Assembly (NCBI RefSeq): GCF_025564065.1
Contig: NZ_JAMGZK010000050.1
Coordinates: 204,354 to 228,353 of the forward strand
Length of the DNA: 24,000 nucleotides
Direction: 5' to 3'
Origin: Silvania hatchlandensis
GTDB lineage: Bacteria > Pseudomonadota > Gammaproteobacteria > Enterobacterales > Enterobacteriaceae
Of this stretch, positions 1-11,791 are shown one piece after another. The notes under the pieces are model-generated. The model was not told the DNA's origin and did no database searches. It saw only the letters and a list, made by a program, of their open reading frames with translations. The position numbers and the translations under genes are program-made. How positions within the stretch are numbered: the stretch's first letter is position 1; every line of letters starts with the position of its first letter.

Positions 1-1520
<1,520 letters not shown>

Positions 1521-1521
<1 letters not shown>

Positions 1522-2624
1522 TACAGTCTCATTGGCATGACAACATACGCCGCGCTTTGGCTGGCAGCATCTTCAATCTGTACGCTTGAAACGGAGTCCG
1601 TGAGCAGAATGCGAACGTTCTCGCACTTCAGCGCATTCAGCACGTCCAGCACGTAGCTGACGTTAAAGCCGATTTCCATTTCGGTACCGGCAGCATAAGT
1701 GACGTCGAGGATCTCTTCGGCCTCTTCCTGCTCCGGGTTATTCGCGGTGATTTTAAGCTGGTTTTCGCTCACATACAGACGCACGCCACGGAACTTCTCG
1801 TTCGAGAGGATCGCCGCACGGGCAAACGCCTGCTTGAGAATATCGCAGCCCGCTTCCAGAGTTTTGTCCGGATTCTTCGGCAATACGCGGCGATAATCCG
1901 GGAAACGGCCATCAACCAGCTTAGAGGTAAAGATAAAATCACCGACGTGGGCACGGATGTTGTTGCTACCGATCTGCACGCGCAGCGGGTTTTCGCCGCC
2001 GTCGAGCATACGCATCAGCTCAATGACACCTTTACGCGGCACGATCACCGAATGGTTCGGCAACGTGACGCCAATTGGCATCGAGCACACCGCCAGACGG
2101 TGGCCATCAGTGGCGACGGTACGCAGCTCTTCACCTTCAGTTTCAAACAGCATGCCGTTTAAATAGTAGCGAACGTCCTGATGCGCCATCGAGAACTGGG
2201 TGGCTTCAATCAGGCGTTTCATGGTCGCCTGCGGCAGGGTGAATTCAACTTCACTCTGCCAGTCGTCCAGATTCGGGAAGTCGATAGCCGGAAGCGTGGA
2301 GAGCGAGAAACGGCTGCGGCCAGAGCGCACCAGCATGCGATCGCCTTCGAGCTGCACGGCAATTTCTGCCCCTTCCGGTAGGCCACGGCAGATATCAAAT
2401 AACTTACGCGCCGGAACCGTCGTCGCCCCCGCTTCATGCGGCTGAGACAGCGTCACGCGAGCGACCATTTCCATCTCAAGATCGGTGCCGGTCAGCGACA
2501 GCGTTCCCTCGGTAACCTGCAGCAGCAGGTTACCGAGAATAGGCAGCGTAGGGCGGCCGCCTAATGGGCCACTCACCTGCTGCAGCGGTTTTAATAAGTG
2601 TTCACGTTCAACGGTAAATTTCAT
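1521..2624 (-). CDS. dnaN: DNA polymerase III beta sliding clamp (366 aa plus stop)
   Basis: Track ORF begins [37 protein letters not shown] and ends YVVMPMRL, both typical of enterobacterial DnaN. It starts 4 nt downstream of the dnaA stop. Confidence 0.98.
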
Positions 2625-2628
2625 AGCA

Positions 2629-4023
2629 TCACGATGATAGTGTTCTGATTAAATTGGAGAAGTCTTCTTTAATGTCGTGGCTTTCTTCGCGCAGCTGCTC
2701 GATCTTACGACAGGCGTGCAGCACGGTAGTGTGGTCACGGCCACCAAACGCATCGCCGATTTCCGGCAGACTGTGGTTGGTTAATTCCTTTGCCAGCGCC
2801 ATCGCCATCTGACGCGGTCTCGCAACCGAGCGGGAACGACGTTTAGACAGCAAATCCGCCACTTTAATTTTGTAGTACTCCGCCACCGTCTTCTGAATAT
2901 TGTCGATGGTGACCAGCTTTTCCTGCAGCGCCAGCAGATCGCGCAGCGCTTCACGCACGAAATCGATGGTGATCGCCCGGCCGGTAAAATTGGCGTTTGC
3001 GATCACACGGTTCAGCGCGCCTTCCAGCTCGCGCACGTTAGAGCGCAAACGCTTGGCGATAAAGAACGCTACTTCGCCCGGCAGACGAATGTCGTTCTCG
3101 TCGGCCTTTTTCATCAGGATCGCCACGCGGGTTTCCAGCTCCGGCGGCTCGATCGCCACCGTTAAGCCCCAACCGAAGCGTGATTTCAGGCGATCCTCAA
3201 CCCCGTTGATCTCTTTTGGATAACGATCCGAGGTCAAAATGATCTGCTGATTGCCTTCCAGCAGGGCATTGAAGGTGTGGAAAAACTCTTCCTGAGATCG
3301 TTCTTTATTAGCAAAGAACTGAATGTCATCGATCAGCAGCGCATCAACGGAACGGTAGTAGCGTTTAAACTCTTCGATCGCGTTATTTTGCAGGGCTTTT
3401 ACCATGTCCTGCACAAAACGTTCGGAGTGCATATACACCACTTTCGCATTGGGCTTACGCGCAATGATGCCGTTACCTACCGCATGCAGCAGGTGCGTTT
3501 TACCCAGACCGGTGCCGCCATACAGGAACAGCGGGTTATACGCGCCGCCGGGGTTATCGGCCACCTGACGGGCCGCCGCGCGCGCCAGCTGGTTTGACTT
3601 ACCTTCGACGAAGTTATCGAACGTGTGTTTGAGATTAACGTTGGAGCGATAAGTTGGCTCCGCAGGGGCCGGAACGTTGTCCCAGCCAGAGCGCGGGGCA
3701 GGTGCTACGCGCGGCATCTGAATCTGCGCAGTATGGGCAGGCGCAGCGGCAACGGTCGCTTTCAGGGTTTGGGTGACCGGTCTGGTACCCACTTCGAAAC
3801 GCAACTGTGGGGCATCGGTACCGCAAAATTCGTTTAGTAGTCCATTGATGTTATTGAGGTATTTGTCCCTGACCCAATCGAGCACAAAACGGTTTGGCGC
3901 ATACAAAGCCAGCGTGTTATCGCTCAGTTCCGCCTGCAACGGGCGGATCCACATACTGAATTCTGTGGCTGGTAACTCATCCTGCAATCGGGCAAGACAT
4001 TGCTGCCAAAGCGAAAGTGACAC
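2629..4023 (-). CDS. dnaA: Chromosomal replication initiator DnaA. The probable start is the GTG at 4023 (464 aa); the longest ORF extends to another GTG at 4035.
   Basis: The track ORF is [35 protein letters not shown]. coli DnaA starts at a GTG read as MSLSLWQQC, which corresponds to the GTG at 4023-4021. The AAA+ Walker A motif [11 protein letters not shown] and the C-terminal DNA-binding domain ending IRTLSS are present. Only the domain II linker differs noticeably from E. coli. Confidence 0.97.
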   Translation of the reverse strand: MSLSLWQQCLARLQDELPATEFSMWIRPLQAELSDNTLALYAPNRFVLDWVRDKYLNNINGLLNEFCGTDAPQLRFEVGTRPVTQTLKATVAAAPAHTAQIQMPRVAPAPRSGWDNVPAPAEPTYRSNVNLKHTFDNFVEGKSNQLARAAARQVADNPGGAYNPLFLYGGTGLGKTHLLHAVGNGIIARKPNAKVVYMHSERFVQDMVKALQNNAIEEFKRYYRSVDALLIDDIQFFANKERSQEEFFHTFNALLEGNQQIILTSDRYPKEINGVEDRLKSRFGWGLTVAIEPPELETRVAILMKKADENDIRLPGEVAFFIAKRLRSNVRELEGALNRVIANANFTGRAITIDFVREALRDLLALQEKLVTIDNIQKTVAEYYKIKVADLLSKRRSRSVARPRQMAMALAKELTNHSLPEIGDAFGGRDHTTVLHACRKIEQLREESHDIKEDFSNLIRTLSS

Positions 4024-4146
4024 GGCGGACTCCACTCGAACATAAAAAGAAAGCTATTGAATAGTCATGATTGTAGACACACGTCGAAAAGACCCGGCGT
4101 TTAAGGGTGACGTGCGAACCGCTCTCGGCGGTTTTTACCCGTTCAG

Positions 4147-4381
4147 GATCCTGGATCGCGATCGGGACCGCGGATCATAGCCTAAACTGAGCCAGAGATC
4201 TTGTGTTTCTCACAGTTTCTTCCCTATTTATCCACAGGAGGATCCGAAACCGGATAAGTGTAATCGATCCTGATGGAAGGCCCCCACGATTTAGGCCGTA
4301 TAGTGGAAAAATTAATGAGTAACGACGCTTTTTTGCTTAAAAGATCTAACGAAGATCCGGGACGATCCTTGCGCTTTGATC
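4147..4381. promoter_or_regulatory. dnaA promoter region with a dense cluster of GATC (Dam) sites
   Basis: By hand count there are 11 GATC sites in 235 bp, starting at 4147, 4154, 4160, 4173, 4197, 4241, 4266, 4343, 4354, 4364 and 4378. Chance would give about one per 256 bp. The region lies in the divergent dnaA/rpmH intergenic space, where E. coli has dnaAp1 and dnaAp2 and SeqA sequestration sites. Confidence 0.8.
4228..4236 (+). promoter_or_regulatory. Consensus DnaA box (TTATCCACA) upstream of dnaA
   Basis: Exact 9-mer TTATCCACA at 4228-4236, about 190 bp upstream of the dnaA start and inside the GATC cluster. This matches the autoregulatory DnaA box between the two dnaA promoters in E. 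coli. Confidence 0.8.
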
Positions 4382-4493
4382 TGGAGCCCGTATAATCCTC
4401 CACCCGGCGCGCGGGAGTCGAATTCCTGTGTCTGGCGCTGCTTATTTTACGCGCGAAAAGGTGCGGAAAGACGCAGGAAATAAGGAAAGAGAA

Positions 4494-4522
4494 TTGACTC
4501 CGGAGTGTACAATTATTACAAT
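4494..4522 (+). promoter_or_regulatory. Probable sigma-70 promoter for rpmH-rnpA
   Basis: TTGACT at 4494-4499, a 17-nt spacer, then TACAAT at 4517-4522. It lies about 100 nt upstream of the rpmH ATG. Confidence 0.6.
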
Positions 4523-4612
4523 CCGGCCTCTTTAATCACCCATGGCTTCGGTGTCCATCGTTCGTTATCCGTTCGGACTCCTCAAAAAGCCATTGAATTT
4601 ATTCAAGTTTAG

Positions 4613-4765
<153 letters not shown>

Positions 4766-4781
4766 TTAAGCTAACCCCTGA

Positions 4782-5141
4782 GTGGTTAAGCTAGCATTTC
4801 CCAGGGAGTTACGTTTGTTAACTCCCACTCATTTCACTTTCGTCTTCCAGCAGCCACAACGGGCTGGCACGCCGCAAATCACCATCCTCGGCCGCCAGAA
4901 TTCGCTGGGGCATCCCCGCATCGGTCTTACAGTCGCCAAGAAAAATGTTAAGCGTGCGCATGAACGCAATCGGATTAAACGTCTGACGCGTGAAAGCTTC
5001 CGCTTACGTCAACATGAACTCCCGTCTATGGATTTCGTGGTGGTGGCGAAAAAAGGGGTTGCTGACCTCGATAATCGTGCTCTCTCGGAAGCGTTGGAAA
5101 AGCTATGGCGTCGCCATTGTCGCCTGGCTCACGGTTCCTGA
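4782..5141 (+). CDS. rnpA: RNase P protein component (119 aa, GTG start)
   Basis: Track ORF begins (M)[37 protein letters not shown] and ends [11 protein letters not shown], near-identical to E. coli RnpA. The start is a GTG at 4782, as in E. coli. Confidence 0.97.
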   Translation: MVKLAFPRELRLLTPTHFTFVFQQPQRAGTPQITILGRQNSLGHPRIGLTVAKKNVKRAHERNRIKRLTRESFRLRQHELPSMDFVVVAKKGVADLDNRALSEALEKLWRRHCRLAHGS

Positions 5142-5362
5142 TAGCCCTTATCCGGGTCTATCAACGCCTGATCAGTCCGCTGCTTGGGCCGCACTGCCGT
5201 TTCACTCCAACCTGTTCAAGCTACGGAATTGAGGCATTGCGCAGGTTTGGAGTGATAAAAGGCAGTTGGTTGACGGTGAAACGCGTATTAAAATGCCACC
5301 CTTTACATCCCGGTGGAGACGACCCCGTCCCCCCAGGACCTTTTGATACCAGAGAACACTAA
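5105..5362 (+). CDS. yidD: Membrane protein insertion efficiency factor YidD (85 aa)
   Basis: Track ORF reads [56 protein letters not shown], the conserved YidD sequence. It overlaps the rnpA 3' end by 37 nt and ends 2 nt before yidC. Confidence 0.93.
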   Translation: MASPLSPGSRFLIALIRVYQRLISPLLGPHCRFTPTCSSYGIEALRRFGVIKGSWLTVKRVLKCHPLHPGGDDPVPPGPFDTREH

Positions 5363-5364
5363 CG

Positions 5365-7008
5365 ATGGATTCGCAACGCAATCTTCTTATCATCGCTTTG
5401 CTGTTCGTGTCTTTCATGATCTTCCAGGCTTGGGAGCAGGATAAAAATCCTCAACCTCAGCAGCAGATCACGCAGACAACGACCACCGCAGCGGGTAGCG
5501 CCGCCGACCAGGGCGTACCGTCCAGTGGCCAGGGTAAACTGATTACGGTTAAGACCGATGTGCTTGAACTGACTATCAACACCCGTGGTGGTGATGTTGA
5601 GCAGGCGCAGCTGGTAACTTACCCGAAAGAGCTCGCCTCTACTGAGCCTTTCCAGTTACTGGAAACCACGCCGCAGTTTATCTACCAGGCACAGAGTGGC
5701 CTGACCGGTCGTGATGGCCCGGATAACCCGGCTAATGGCGCGCGTCCGCTGTATAACGTCGATAAAGATGCGTTTGTACTGGCGGATGGCCAGAACGAAC
5801 TCGCGATTCCGATGACTTACACTGATGCTGCTGGCAACACCTTCACCAAAACCTTCACCCTGAAACGCGGTGAATATGCGGTGAGCGTGGGCTACAACGT
5901 GCAGAACACCGGTGCGAAACCACTGGAAGTCTCCACCTTTGGCCAGCTGAAGCAAACCATCAATCTGCCGACGCACCGTGACACCGGAAGCAACAACTTC
6001 GCGTTGCATACCTTCCGTGGCGCAGCATACTCCACGCCAGATACCAAGTACGAGAAATACAAATTCGACACCATCGCCGAAAACGAAAACCTGAACGTCA
6101 GCTCGAAAGGCGGTTGGGTGGCGATGCTGCAACAGTATTTCGCGACAGCATGGGTACCGAATAACGCGGGCTCCAACAACTTCTACACCGCTAACCTGGG
6201 CAACGGCATTGCCGCTATCGGCTATAAGTCTGAGCCGGTTCTGGTTCAGCCGGGTCAAACCGGTACGCTTGGCAGCACCCTGTGGGTGGGCCCGGAAATC
6301 CAGGACAAAATGGCTGCAGTGGCGCCGCACCTGGATCTGACCGTAGATTACGGTTGGTTGTGGTTCATCTCTCAGCCGCTGTTCAAACTGCTGAAGTGGA
6401 TCCACAGCTTCCTGGGTAACTGGGGCTTCTCGATCATCGTTATTACCTTTATCGTTCGTGGCATCATGTACCCGCTGACCAAAGCGCAGTACACCTCCAT
6501 GGCGAAGATGCGTATGCTGCAGCCGAAAATTGCGGCGATGCGTGAGCGTCTGGGCGATGATAAGCAGCGTCAGAGCCAGGAGATGATGGCCCTGTATAAA
6601 GCAGAGAAAGTGAACCCACTGGGTGGTTGCTTCCCGCTGCTGATTCAGATGCCAATCTTCCTTGCGCTGTACTACATGCTGATGGGTTCCGTTGAACTGC
6701 GCCACGCGCCGTTCGCCCTGTGGATCCATGACCTGTCTGCACAGGACCCGTACTACATCCTGCCGATCCTGATGGGTATCACGATGTTCTTCATTCAGAA
6801 GATGTCGCCTACCACTGTGACCGACCCGATGCAGCAGAAGATCATGACCTTTATGCCGGTCATCTTCACCGTGTTCTTCCTGTGGTTCCCGTCAGGTCTG
6901 GTGCTGTACTATATCGTCAGCAACCTGGTAACCATTCTGCAGCAGCAGCTGATCTACCGTGGTCTGGAAAAACGTGGCCTGCATAGCCGCGAAAAGAAAA
7001 ATTCCTGA
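5365..7008 (+). CDS. yidC: Membrane protein insertase YidC (547 aa)
   Basis: Track ORF begins [32 protein letters not shown]. It has a large periplasmic domain, and the conserved C-terminal TM core contains [19 protein letters not shown]. The position after rnpA-yidD also fits. Confidence 0.98.
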   Translation: MDSQRNLLIIALLFVSFMIFQAWEQDKNPQPQQQITQTTTTAAGSAADQGVPSSGQGKLITVKTDVLELTINTRGGDVEQAQLVTYPKELASTEPFQLLETTPQFIYQAQSGLTGRDGPDNPANGARPLYNVDKDAFVLADGQNELAIPMTYTDAAGNTFTKTFTLKRGEYAVSVGYNVQNTGAKPLEVSTFGQLKQTINLPTHRDTGSNNFALHTFRGAAYSTPDTKYEKYKFDTIAENENLNVSSKGGWVAMLQQYFATAWVPNNAGSNNFYTANLGNGIAAIGYKSEPVLVQPGQTGTLGSTLWVGPEIQDKMAAVAPHLDLTVDYGWLWFISQPLFKLLKWIHSFLGNWGFSIIVITFIVRGIMYPLTKAQYTSMAKMRMLQPKIAAMRERLGDDKQRQSQEMMALYKAEKVNPLGGCFPLLIQMPIFLALYYMLMGSVELRHAPFALWIHDLSAQDPYYILPILMGITMFFIQKMSPTTVTDPMQQKIMTFMPVIFTVFFLWFPSGLVLYYIVSNLVTILQQQLIYRGLEKRGLHSREKKNS

Positions 7009-7031
7009 TTCGGTTAGGCTGTAGCTAAAAT

Positions 7032-7059
7032 AAAGGCGGTCATCAGACCGCCTTTTTTT
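7032..7059 (+). terminator. Rho-independent terminator after yidC
   Basis: Stem GGCGGTC (7035-7041), loop ATCA, stem GACCGCC (7046-7052), followed by a T7 run at 7053-7059. Confidence 0.8.
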
Positions 7060-7082
7060 ATTGCCATTTGATGAGACAAACC

Positions 7083-8447
7083 ATGAGCCATAACGACACG
7101 ATCGTCGCCCAGGCAACCCCACCGGGACGCGGTGGTGTGGGCATTCTGCGCATCTCTGGCCTGAAGGCGCGCGAAGTCGCCGAAGCGGTGCTGGGTAAGC
7201 TGCCAAAACCCCGCTACGCCGACTACCTGCCGTTTAAAGATAACGACGGTACCGCGCTGGATCAGGGCATTGCGCTGTGGTTCCCGGGGCCAAACTCCTT
7301 TACCGGTGAAGACGTGCTCGAACTGCAGGGCCACGGCGGCCCGGTGATCCTCGATCTGCTGTTAAAACGTATTCTGACCCTGCCCGGCCTGCGCATTGCC
7401 AGACCGGGCGAGTTCTCCGAACGGGCCTTCCTGAACGACAAGCTGGACCTGGCCCAGGCCGAAGCGATTGCCGATCTGATTGACGCCAGCTCCGAGCAGG
7501 CCGCGCGTTCGGCGCTCAATTCGCTGCAGGGCGCTTTTTCCGTCCGCGTAAACCATCTTGTGGAAGCGCTCACTCACCTGCGCATCTACGTGGAAGCCGC
7601 GATTGATTTCCCGGATGAAGAGATCGACTTCCTGTCTGATGGCAAAATCGAAGCTCAGCTGAACGGCGTTATGGCCGATCTGGATGCGGTACGTGCTGAG
7701 GCGCGTCAGGGCAGCCTGCTGCGCGAAGGGATGAAGGTAGTGATTGCCGGGCGTCCGAACGCCGGAAAATCGAGCCTGCTTAACGCCCTTGCGGGTCGCG
7801 AAGCGGCGATTGTTACCGACATTGCCGGTACCACCCGCGACGTGCTGCGTGAACACATTCATATCGACGGTATGCCGCTGCATATCATCGACACCGCCGG
7901 TTTACGCGATGCCAGCGACGAAGTGGAGCGGATCGGTATCGAACGCGCCTGGCAGGAGATCGAGCAGGCCGACCGTGTACTGTTTATGGTTGATGGCACC
8001 ACCACTGCGGCGCTTGACCCGGCGGAGATCTGGCCGGACTTTATCGCCCGCTTGCCTGCTAACCTACCGATCACCGTGGTGCGTAACAAAGCGGACGTCA
8101 CCGATGAAGCACCGGGCCTCAGCGAGGTGAACGGTCACTCACTGATCCGTCTGTCGGCACGCACCGGCGAAGGCGTGGACGCGCTGCGCAGCCATCTGAA
8201 ACAGAGCATGGGCTTTGATACCAGCATGGAGGGCGGTTTCCTTGCCCGCCGTCGTCATCTGCAGGCGCTGTCCGCTGCTGCCGAGCACCTGGAGCAGGGC
8301 AAAGCCCAACTGCTGGGTGCCTGGGCGGGTGAACTGCTGGCGGAAGAGCTGCGTCTGGCGCAGCAGGCGTTAAGCGAGATTACCGGTGAGTTTACCTCGG
8401 ACGATCTGCTGGGGCGGATTTTCTCCAGCTTCTGTATTGGTAAGTAA
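7083..8447 (+). CDS. mnmE: tRNA modification GTPase MnmE/TrmE (454 aa)
   Basis: The track ORF starts at 7068 ([11 protein letters not shown]). The E. coli protein starts [26 protein letters not shown], which corresponds to the ATG at 7083. The G-domain motif [12 protein letters not shown] and the C-terminal CIGK are present. Confidence 0.96.
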   Translation: MSHNDTIVAQATPPGRGGVGILRISGLKAREVAEAVLGKLPKPRYADYLPFKDNDGTALDQGIALWFPGPNSFTGEDVLELQGHGGPVILDLLLKRILTLPGLRIARPGEFSERAFLNDKLDLAQAEAIADLIDASSEQAARSALNSLQGAFSVRVNHLVEALTHLRIYVEAAIDFPDEEIDFLSDGKIEAQLNGVMADLDAVRAEARQGSLLREGMKVVIAGRPNAGKSSLLNALAGREAAIVTDIAGTTRDVLREHIHIDGMPLHIIDTAGLRDASDEVERIGIERAWQEIEQADRVLFMVDGTTTAALDPAEIWPDFIARLPANLPITVVRNKADVTDEAPGLSEVNGHSLIRLSARTGEGVDALRSHLKQSMGFDTSMEGGFLARRRHLQALSAAAEHLEQGKAQLLGAWAGELLAEELRLAQQALSEITGEFTSDDLLGRIFSSFCIGK

Positions 8448-8470
8448 CTGCGCTTCAGTCATCTGAGAAA

Positions 8471-8507
8471 AAGCCGCATAACCACCCTGTTATTGCGGCT
8501 TTTTTTT
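8471..8507 (+). terminator. Rho-independent terminator after mnmE
   Basis: AGCCGCA (8472-8478) pairs with TGCGGCT (8494-8500) and is followed by a T run at 8501-8507. Confidence 0.7.
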
Positions 8508-8586
8508 GCCGGTTAGAAAAAATAATAACGTATGTGACTATCTATTCTATATTACTAAAATAAATAGCAATCCCGATTATTATATT

Positions 8587-8608
8587 AACTGTGATTACAA
8601 TCACAATT
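8587..8608. promoter_or_regulatory. CRP (cAMP receptor protein) binding site of the tna promoter
   Basis: TGTGA TTACAA TCACA at 8590-8605 is a perfect symmetric match to the TGTGA-N6-TCACA core. Its centre (8597/8598) lies about 60 bp upstream of the predicted transcription start. That fits a class I CRP site, as described for E. coli tna. Confidence 0.8.
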
Positions 8609-8622
8609 AATATATCGGCAGA

Positions 8623-8650
8623 TAGACAAACAATCTCATTAGAATAATGT
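8623..8650 (+). promoter_or_regulatory. Probable tna operon sigma-70 promoter
   Basis: TAGACA at 8623-8628, a 16-nt spacer, then TAATGT at 8645-8650. The surrounding sequence (AGACAAA ... AATAATGTA ... GTGTCT ... GAGGATAA) resembles the E. coli tna promoter and leader as I remember them. Confidence 0.6.
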
Positions 8651-8677
8651 ATATGCGTGTCTAATGAGGATAAATCA

Positions 8678-8755
8678 ATGCCGATTACCTTAAATACATA
8701 CATCACGTCTAAGTGGTTTAATGTTGACAATAAAATTGTCAATCACCACCCATAA
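8678..8755 (+). CDS. tnaC: Tryptophanase operon leader (ribosome-arrest) peptide TnaC, 25 aa
   Basis: Below the ORF-track cutoff. Hand translation of ATG CCG ATT ACC TTA AAT ACA TAC ATC ACG TCT AAG TGG TTT AAT GTT GAC AAT AAA ATT GTC AAT CAC CAC CCA TAA gives MPITLNTYITSKWFNVDNKIVNHHP. The C-terminal part aligns with E. coli TnaC (TSKWFNIDNKIVDHRP) and keeps the Trp-x3-Asp-x7-Pro-stop spacing. An SD sequence GAGGA lies 7-8 nt upstream. Confidence 0.9.
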   Translation: MPITLNTYITSKWFNVDNKIVNHHP

Positions 8756-8981
8756 TCTCCCTTCGCCTCTGATTCTCTATGCAACCTGAATAGATTACAC
8801 ATCTATTTGATGGGTATGCCTTAATTATTGCGCTTATAAAGCTGCGATCGTGCCTTTGCATCTATCAGTCTTTGAGGATTATCCCCTCGGCTGAGATGAG
8901 TAATGGCCGGCATACTCTTACCTGTATTAATGGTTATCAATAATAACCATCAGCACCGCTGCGAAAAAAAAGGACGCTATA
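8756..8981 (+). promoter_or_regulatory. tnaC-tnaA spacer: probable rut site and Rho-dependent attenuation region
   Basis: A 226-nt untranslated spacer, similar in length to the E. coli one. The first ~60 nt after the tnaC stop (TCTCCCTTCGCCTCTGATTCTCTATGCAACC) are C-rich and G-poor, as expected for Rho loading. No intrinsic terminator hairpin is visible. Confidence 0.55.
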
Positions 8982-10397
8982 ATGGAAAACTTCAAACATT
9001 TACCAGAACCATTTCGCATCAGAGTCATTGAGCCGGTTAAACGCACCACCAGAGAGCACCGTGAAAAAGCTATCATCAAATCGGGTATGAACCCGTTCCT
9101 GCTTGATAGCGAAGATGTGTTTATTGATTTACTTACCGACAGCGGTACCGGGGCCGTGACCCAAAATATGCAGGCCGCAATGCTGCGCGGCGACGAAGCC
9201 TATAGCGGGAGCCGGAGTTACTACGCATTGTCCGAAGCGGTAAATACTATTTTTGGTTATCAATATACTATCCCTACCCATCAGGGCCGCGGCGCTGAAC
9301 AAATTTATATTCCTGTCTTAATCAAAAAACGTGAACAGGAAAAAGGATTAGACCGGACTAAAATGGTCGCCTTCTCTAACTACTTCTTTGATACCACGCA
9401 GGGACACAGCCAAATAAATGGCTGCACCGTGCGCAACGTTTATATTAAGGAAGCGTTTGATACCGGCATCCGCTATGACTTCAAAGGTAACTTTGACCTG
9501 CAAGGGTTAGAACGCGGCATTGAGGAAGTGGGCGCGAGCAACGTACCTTATATTGTTGCCACGATCACCAGTAACTCTGCCGGGGGGCAACCTGTTTCGC
9601 TGGCCAACCTGAAGGCGGTTTACGCGATCGCTAAAAAATATGATATCCCAGTGGTAATGGATTCCGCGCGCTTCGCCGAAAACGCCTATTTTATTCAGAA
9701 GCGCGAAGCGGAATATAGAGACTGGAGCATTGAAGAAATTACCCGCGAAACCTACAAATACGCGGATATGCTCGCCATGTCAGCGAAAAAAGACGCGATG
9801 GTTCCCATGGGCGGCTTGCTGTGCATTAAAGATGACCGCTATTTCGACGTTTACACCGAATGCAGAACCCTTTGCGTCGTCCAGGAGGGCTTCCCGACTT
9901 ACGGTGGCCTTGAAGGTGGTGCGATGGAACGCCTTGCGGTTGGTCTCCATGACGGTATGAATCAGGACTGGCTGGCATACCGTACGAATCAGGTTCAGTA
10001 CCTGGTCGACGGACTGGAATCCATTGGCGTAATTTGTCAGCAAGCGGGTGGCCATGCCGCGTTTGTGGATGCCGGAAAGTTACTGTCGCATATTCCTGCA
10101 GAGCAGTTCCCGGCTCAGGCGCTGGCTTGTGAATTATATAAAGTGGCAGGTATTCGGGCAGTTGAAATCGGTTCGTTTTTATTAGGCCGCGATCCGAAAA
10201 CAGGTCAGCAGCTACCCTGCCCGGCTGAATTATTGCGTTTAACGATTCCGCGTGCAACCTACACGCAATCACATATGGACTTTATTGTCGAAGCCTTTGA
10301 GCATGTCAAAGAAAATGCAATGAATATTAAAGGGCTGACATTCACCTACGAACCGAAAGTATTACGTCACTTCACTGCCAAACTCAAAGAAGTTTAA
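8982..10397 (+). CDS. tnaA: Tryptophanase (tryptophan indole-lyase), 471 aa
   Basis: Track ORF begins [58 protein letters not shown], near-identical to E. coli TnaA. The PLP-lysine region [12 protein letters not shown] is present. Confidence 0.98.
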   Translation: MENFKHLPEPFRIRVIEPVKRTTREHREKAIIKSGMNPFLLDSEDVFIDLLTDSGTGAVTQNMQAAMLRGDEAYSGSRSYYALSEAVNTIFGYQYTIPTHQGRGAEQIYIPVLIKKREQEKGLDRTKMVAFSNYFFDTTQGHSQINGCTVRNVYIKEAFDTGIRYDFKGNFDLQGLERGIEEVGASNVPYIVATITSNSAGGQPVSLANLKAVYAIAKKYDIPVVMDSARFAENAYFIQKREAEYRDWSIEEITRETYKYADMLAMSAKKDAMVPMGGLLCIKDDRYFDVYTECRTLCVVQEGFPTYGGLEGGAMERLAVGLHDGMNQDWLAYRTNQVQYLVDGLESIGVICQQAGGHAAFVDAGKLLSHIPAEQFPAQALACELYKVAGIRAVEIGSFLLGRDPKTGQQLPCPAELLRLTIPRATYTQSHMDFIVEAFEHVKENAMNIKGLTFTYEPKVLRHFTAKLKEV

Positions 10398-10409
10398 CCT
10401 GCTGTCATT

Positions 10410-10435
10410 GGGTGGCGAACGTCCGTTTGCCACCC
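10410..10435 (+). other. Intercistronic RNA hairpin between tnaA and tnaB
   Basis: GGGTGGCGAAC (10410-10420), loop GTCC, GTTTGCCACCC (10425-10435). This is an 11-bp stem including one G-U pair. There is no downstream U-tract, so it is not a classic terminator. Confidence 0.5.
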
Positions 10436-10490
10436 GCACATAATTAAATAAATTAACAACATCAAGCTTACCATAATTGATGGGGGCACT

Positions 10491-11747
10491 ATGGAAAACA
10501 CGTTAGAGTTAGAGACTAAGCACTCCGCTGTCTGGGGTGTTATGGTGATAGCAGGTACCGTTATTGGCGGGGGAATGTTTGCTTTACCCGTGGATCTGGC
10601 AGGGGCATGGTTTTTTTGGGGGGCGTTTATTTTAATAATAGCCTGGTTCTCAATGCTTCACTCGGGTTTGTTATTATTAGAAGCGAATCTTAATTATCCA
10701 GTCGGTTCAAGTTTCAATACCATCACAAAAGATCTGCTCGGCAATAAATGGAATGTTGTCAGTGGCATTACGGTTGCATTTGTTCTCTATATACTGACTT
10801 ACGCTTATATCTCCGCCAACGGCGCAATCATCAGCGAAACCATTGCGATGAATCAGGGGACGCATGTTAATCCCCGTATCGTGGGGATATGTACGGCAAT
10901 CTTTGTTGCAGCCGTATTGTGGTTTAGTTCATTAGCCGCCAGCAGAATTACCTCGCTCTTTTTAGGTATTAAGATTATTTCCTTTATCGTTGTTTTTGGA
11001 TCATTCTTCTTCCAGGTTGATTATTCAATATTAAGAGACCTCAACGTTAGTGCGAGCAGCAACACGACCTATTTCCCATATATCTTTATGGCACTGCCGG
11101 TATGTCTGGCATCGTTTGGCTTTCATGGCAACATTCCAAGCCTGATCATTTGCTACGGCAAGCGCAAAGACAAACTGATAAAAAGCATTGTTCTCGGCTC
11201 GCTGCTGGCCCTGGTTATCTATCTGTTCTGGTTGTATTGCACGATGGGCAACATCTCCCGCGATAGCTTCAATGAGATCATCTCCTCCGGGGGGAATGTC
11301 GATTCATTAGTGAAATCCTTCCTCGGTACCCGGCAACATGGGGTGATCGAATTTTGCTTGCTGGTGTTCTCAAATTTAGCCGTGGCCAGCTCATTTTTTG
11401 GCGTGACATTAGGTTTGTTCGACTATCTTGCTGACCTCTTCAAACTCGATAATTCACCGTCTGGTCGCCTGAAAACAATCCTGCTGACTTTCCTGCCACC
11501 CGCCATCCTCTACTTAATTTTCCCCAATGGTTTTATCTATGGAATTGGTGGCGCAGGGCTGTGTGCAACAGTATGGGCCGTCATTGTCCCCGCCTTTCTC
11601 GCATTGAAAGCGAGACAAAAATTCCCGAACAAGATGTTCACCGTCTGGGGCGGCAAGGTTATCCCGTCGATCGTGATCCTGTTCGGTGTCGTGGTCATTT
11701 TCTGCTGGTTCGGCAGTACCTTTAATTTCTTACCGCGCTTTGGCTGA
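10491..11747 (+). CDS. tnaB: Low-affinity tryptophan permease TnaB (418 aa)
   Basis: The track ORF contains KHSAVWGVMVIAGTVIGGGMFALPVDLAGAWFFWGAFILIIAWFSMLHSGLLLLEANLNYPVGSSF, near-identical to E. coli TnaB (aromatic amino acid permease family). It is the third gene of the tna operon. Confidence 0.96.
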   Translation: MENTLELETKHSAVWGVMVIAGTVIGGGMFALPVDLAGAWFFWGAFILIIAWFSMLHSGLLLLEANLNYPVGSSFNTITKDLLGNKWNVVSGITVAFVLYILTYAYISANGAIISETIAMNQGTHVNPRIVGICTAIFVAAVLWFSSLAASRITSLFLGIKIISFIVVFGSFFFQVDYSILRDLNVSASSNTTYFPYIFMALPVCLASFGFHGNIPSLIICYGKRKDKLIKSIVLGSLLALVIYLFWLYCTMGNISRDSFNEIISSGGNVDSLVKSFLGTRQHGVIEFCLLVFSNLAVASSFFGVTLGLFDYLADLFKLDNSPSGRLKTILLTFLPPAILYLIFPNGFIYGIGGAGLCATVWAVIVPAFLALKARQKFPNKMFTVWGGKVIPSIVILFGVVVIFCWFGSTFNFLPRFG

Positions 11748-11766
11748 ATCTGACTAAAACTCTGCC

Positions 11767-11791
11767 AGCCATCTCACCCTGAGATGGCTTT
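11767..11791 (+). terminator. Possible terminator hairpin after tnaB
   Basis: AGCCATCTC (11767-11775), loop ACCCT, GAGATGGCT (11781-11789), then only TT. An alternative outer pairing CTGCCAG/CTGGCAG (11762-11768 with 11793-11799) exists. The U-tract is weak. Confidence 0.4.

Noticed and set aside
5656-6729. A 357-aa minus-strand ORF antisense to yidC. Similar long antisense ORFs occur at 72-479 (+, in gyrB), 7362-7883 (-, in mnmE), 9826-10272 (-, in tnaA), 16127-16603 (+, in adeP), 19102-19623 (+, in yieL), 20424-20843 (+, in bglH) and 23294-23872 (+, across phoU/pstB).
   Set aside because: Each lies entirely opposite a well-conserved gene. Their sequences are Arg/His/Gln/Gly-rich and low in complexity, which is typical of antisense frames of GC-rich coding DNA. 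They lack SD sequences and resemble no recognisable protein family.
8533-8548. A second TGTGA motif (8533-8537) upstream of the tna CRP site, considered as a possible tandem CRP site.
   Set aside because: The partner half-site 6 bp away reads ATTCT, with essentially no match to TCACA. It is a single half-site in AT-rich DNA.
8542-8742. A 66-aa hydrophobic minus-strand ORF (MTILLSTLNHLDVMYVFKVIG...ILIVIVITVNIIIGIAIYFSNIE) in the mnmE-tnaA gap. It could be taken for a small membrane toxin or novel peptide.
   Set aside because: It starts at a TTG with no usable SD; the nearest GGAG is about 18 nt away. It lies antisense to tnaC, the tna promoter and the CRP site. Its Ile/Asn/Tyr/Phe-rich composition is what any frame of this AT-rich regulatory DNA produces. 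The known tna leader architecture explains the region fully.
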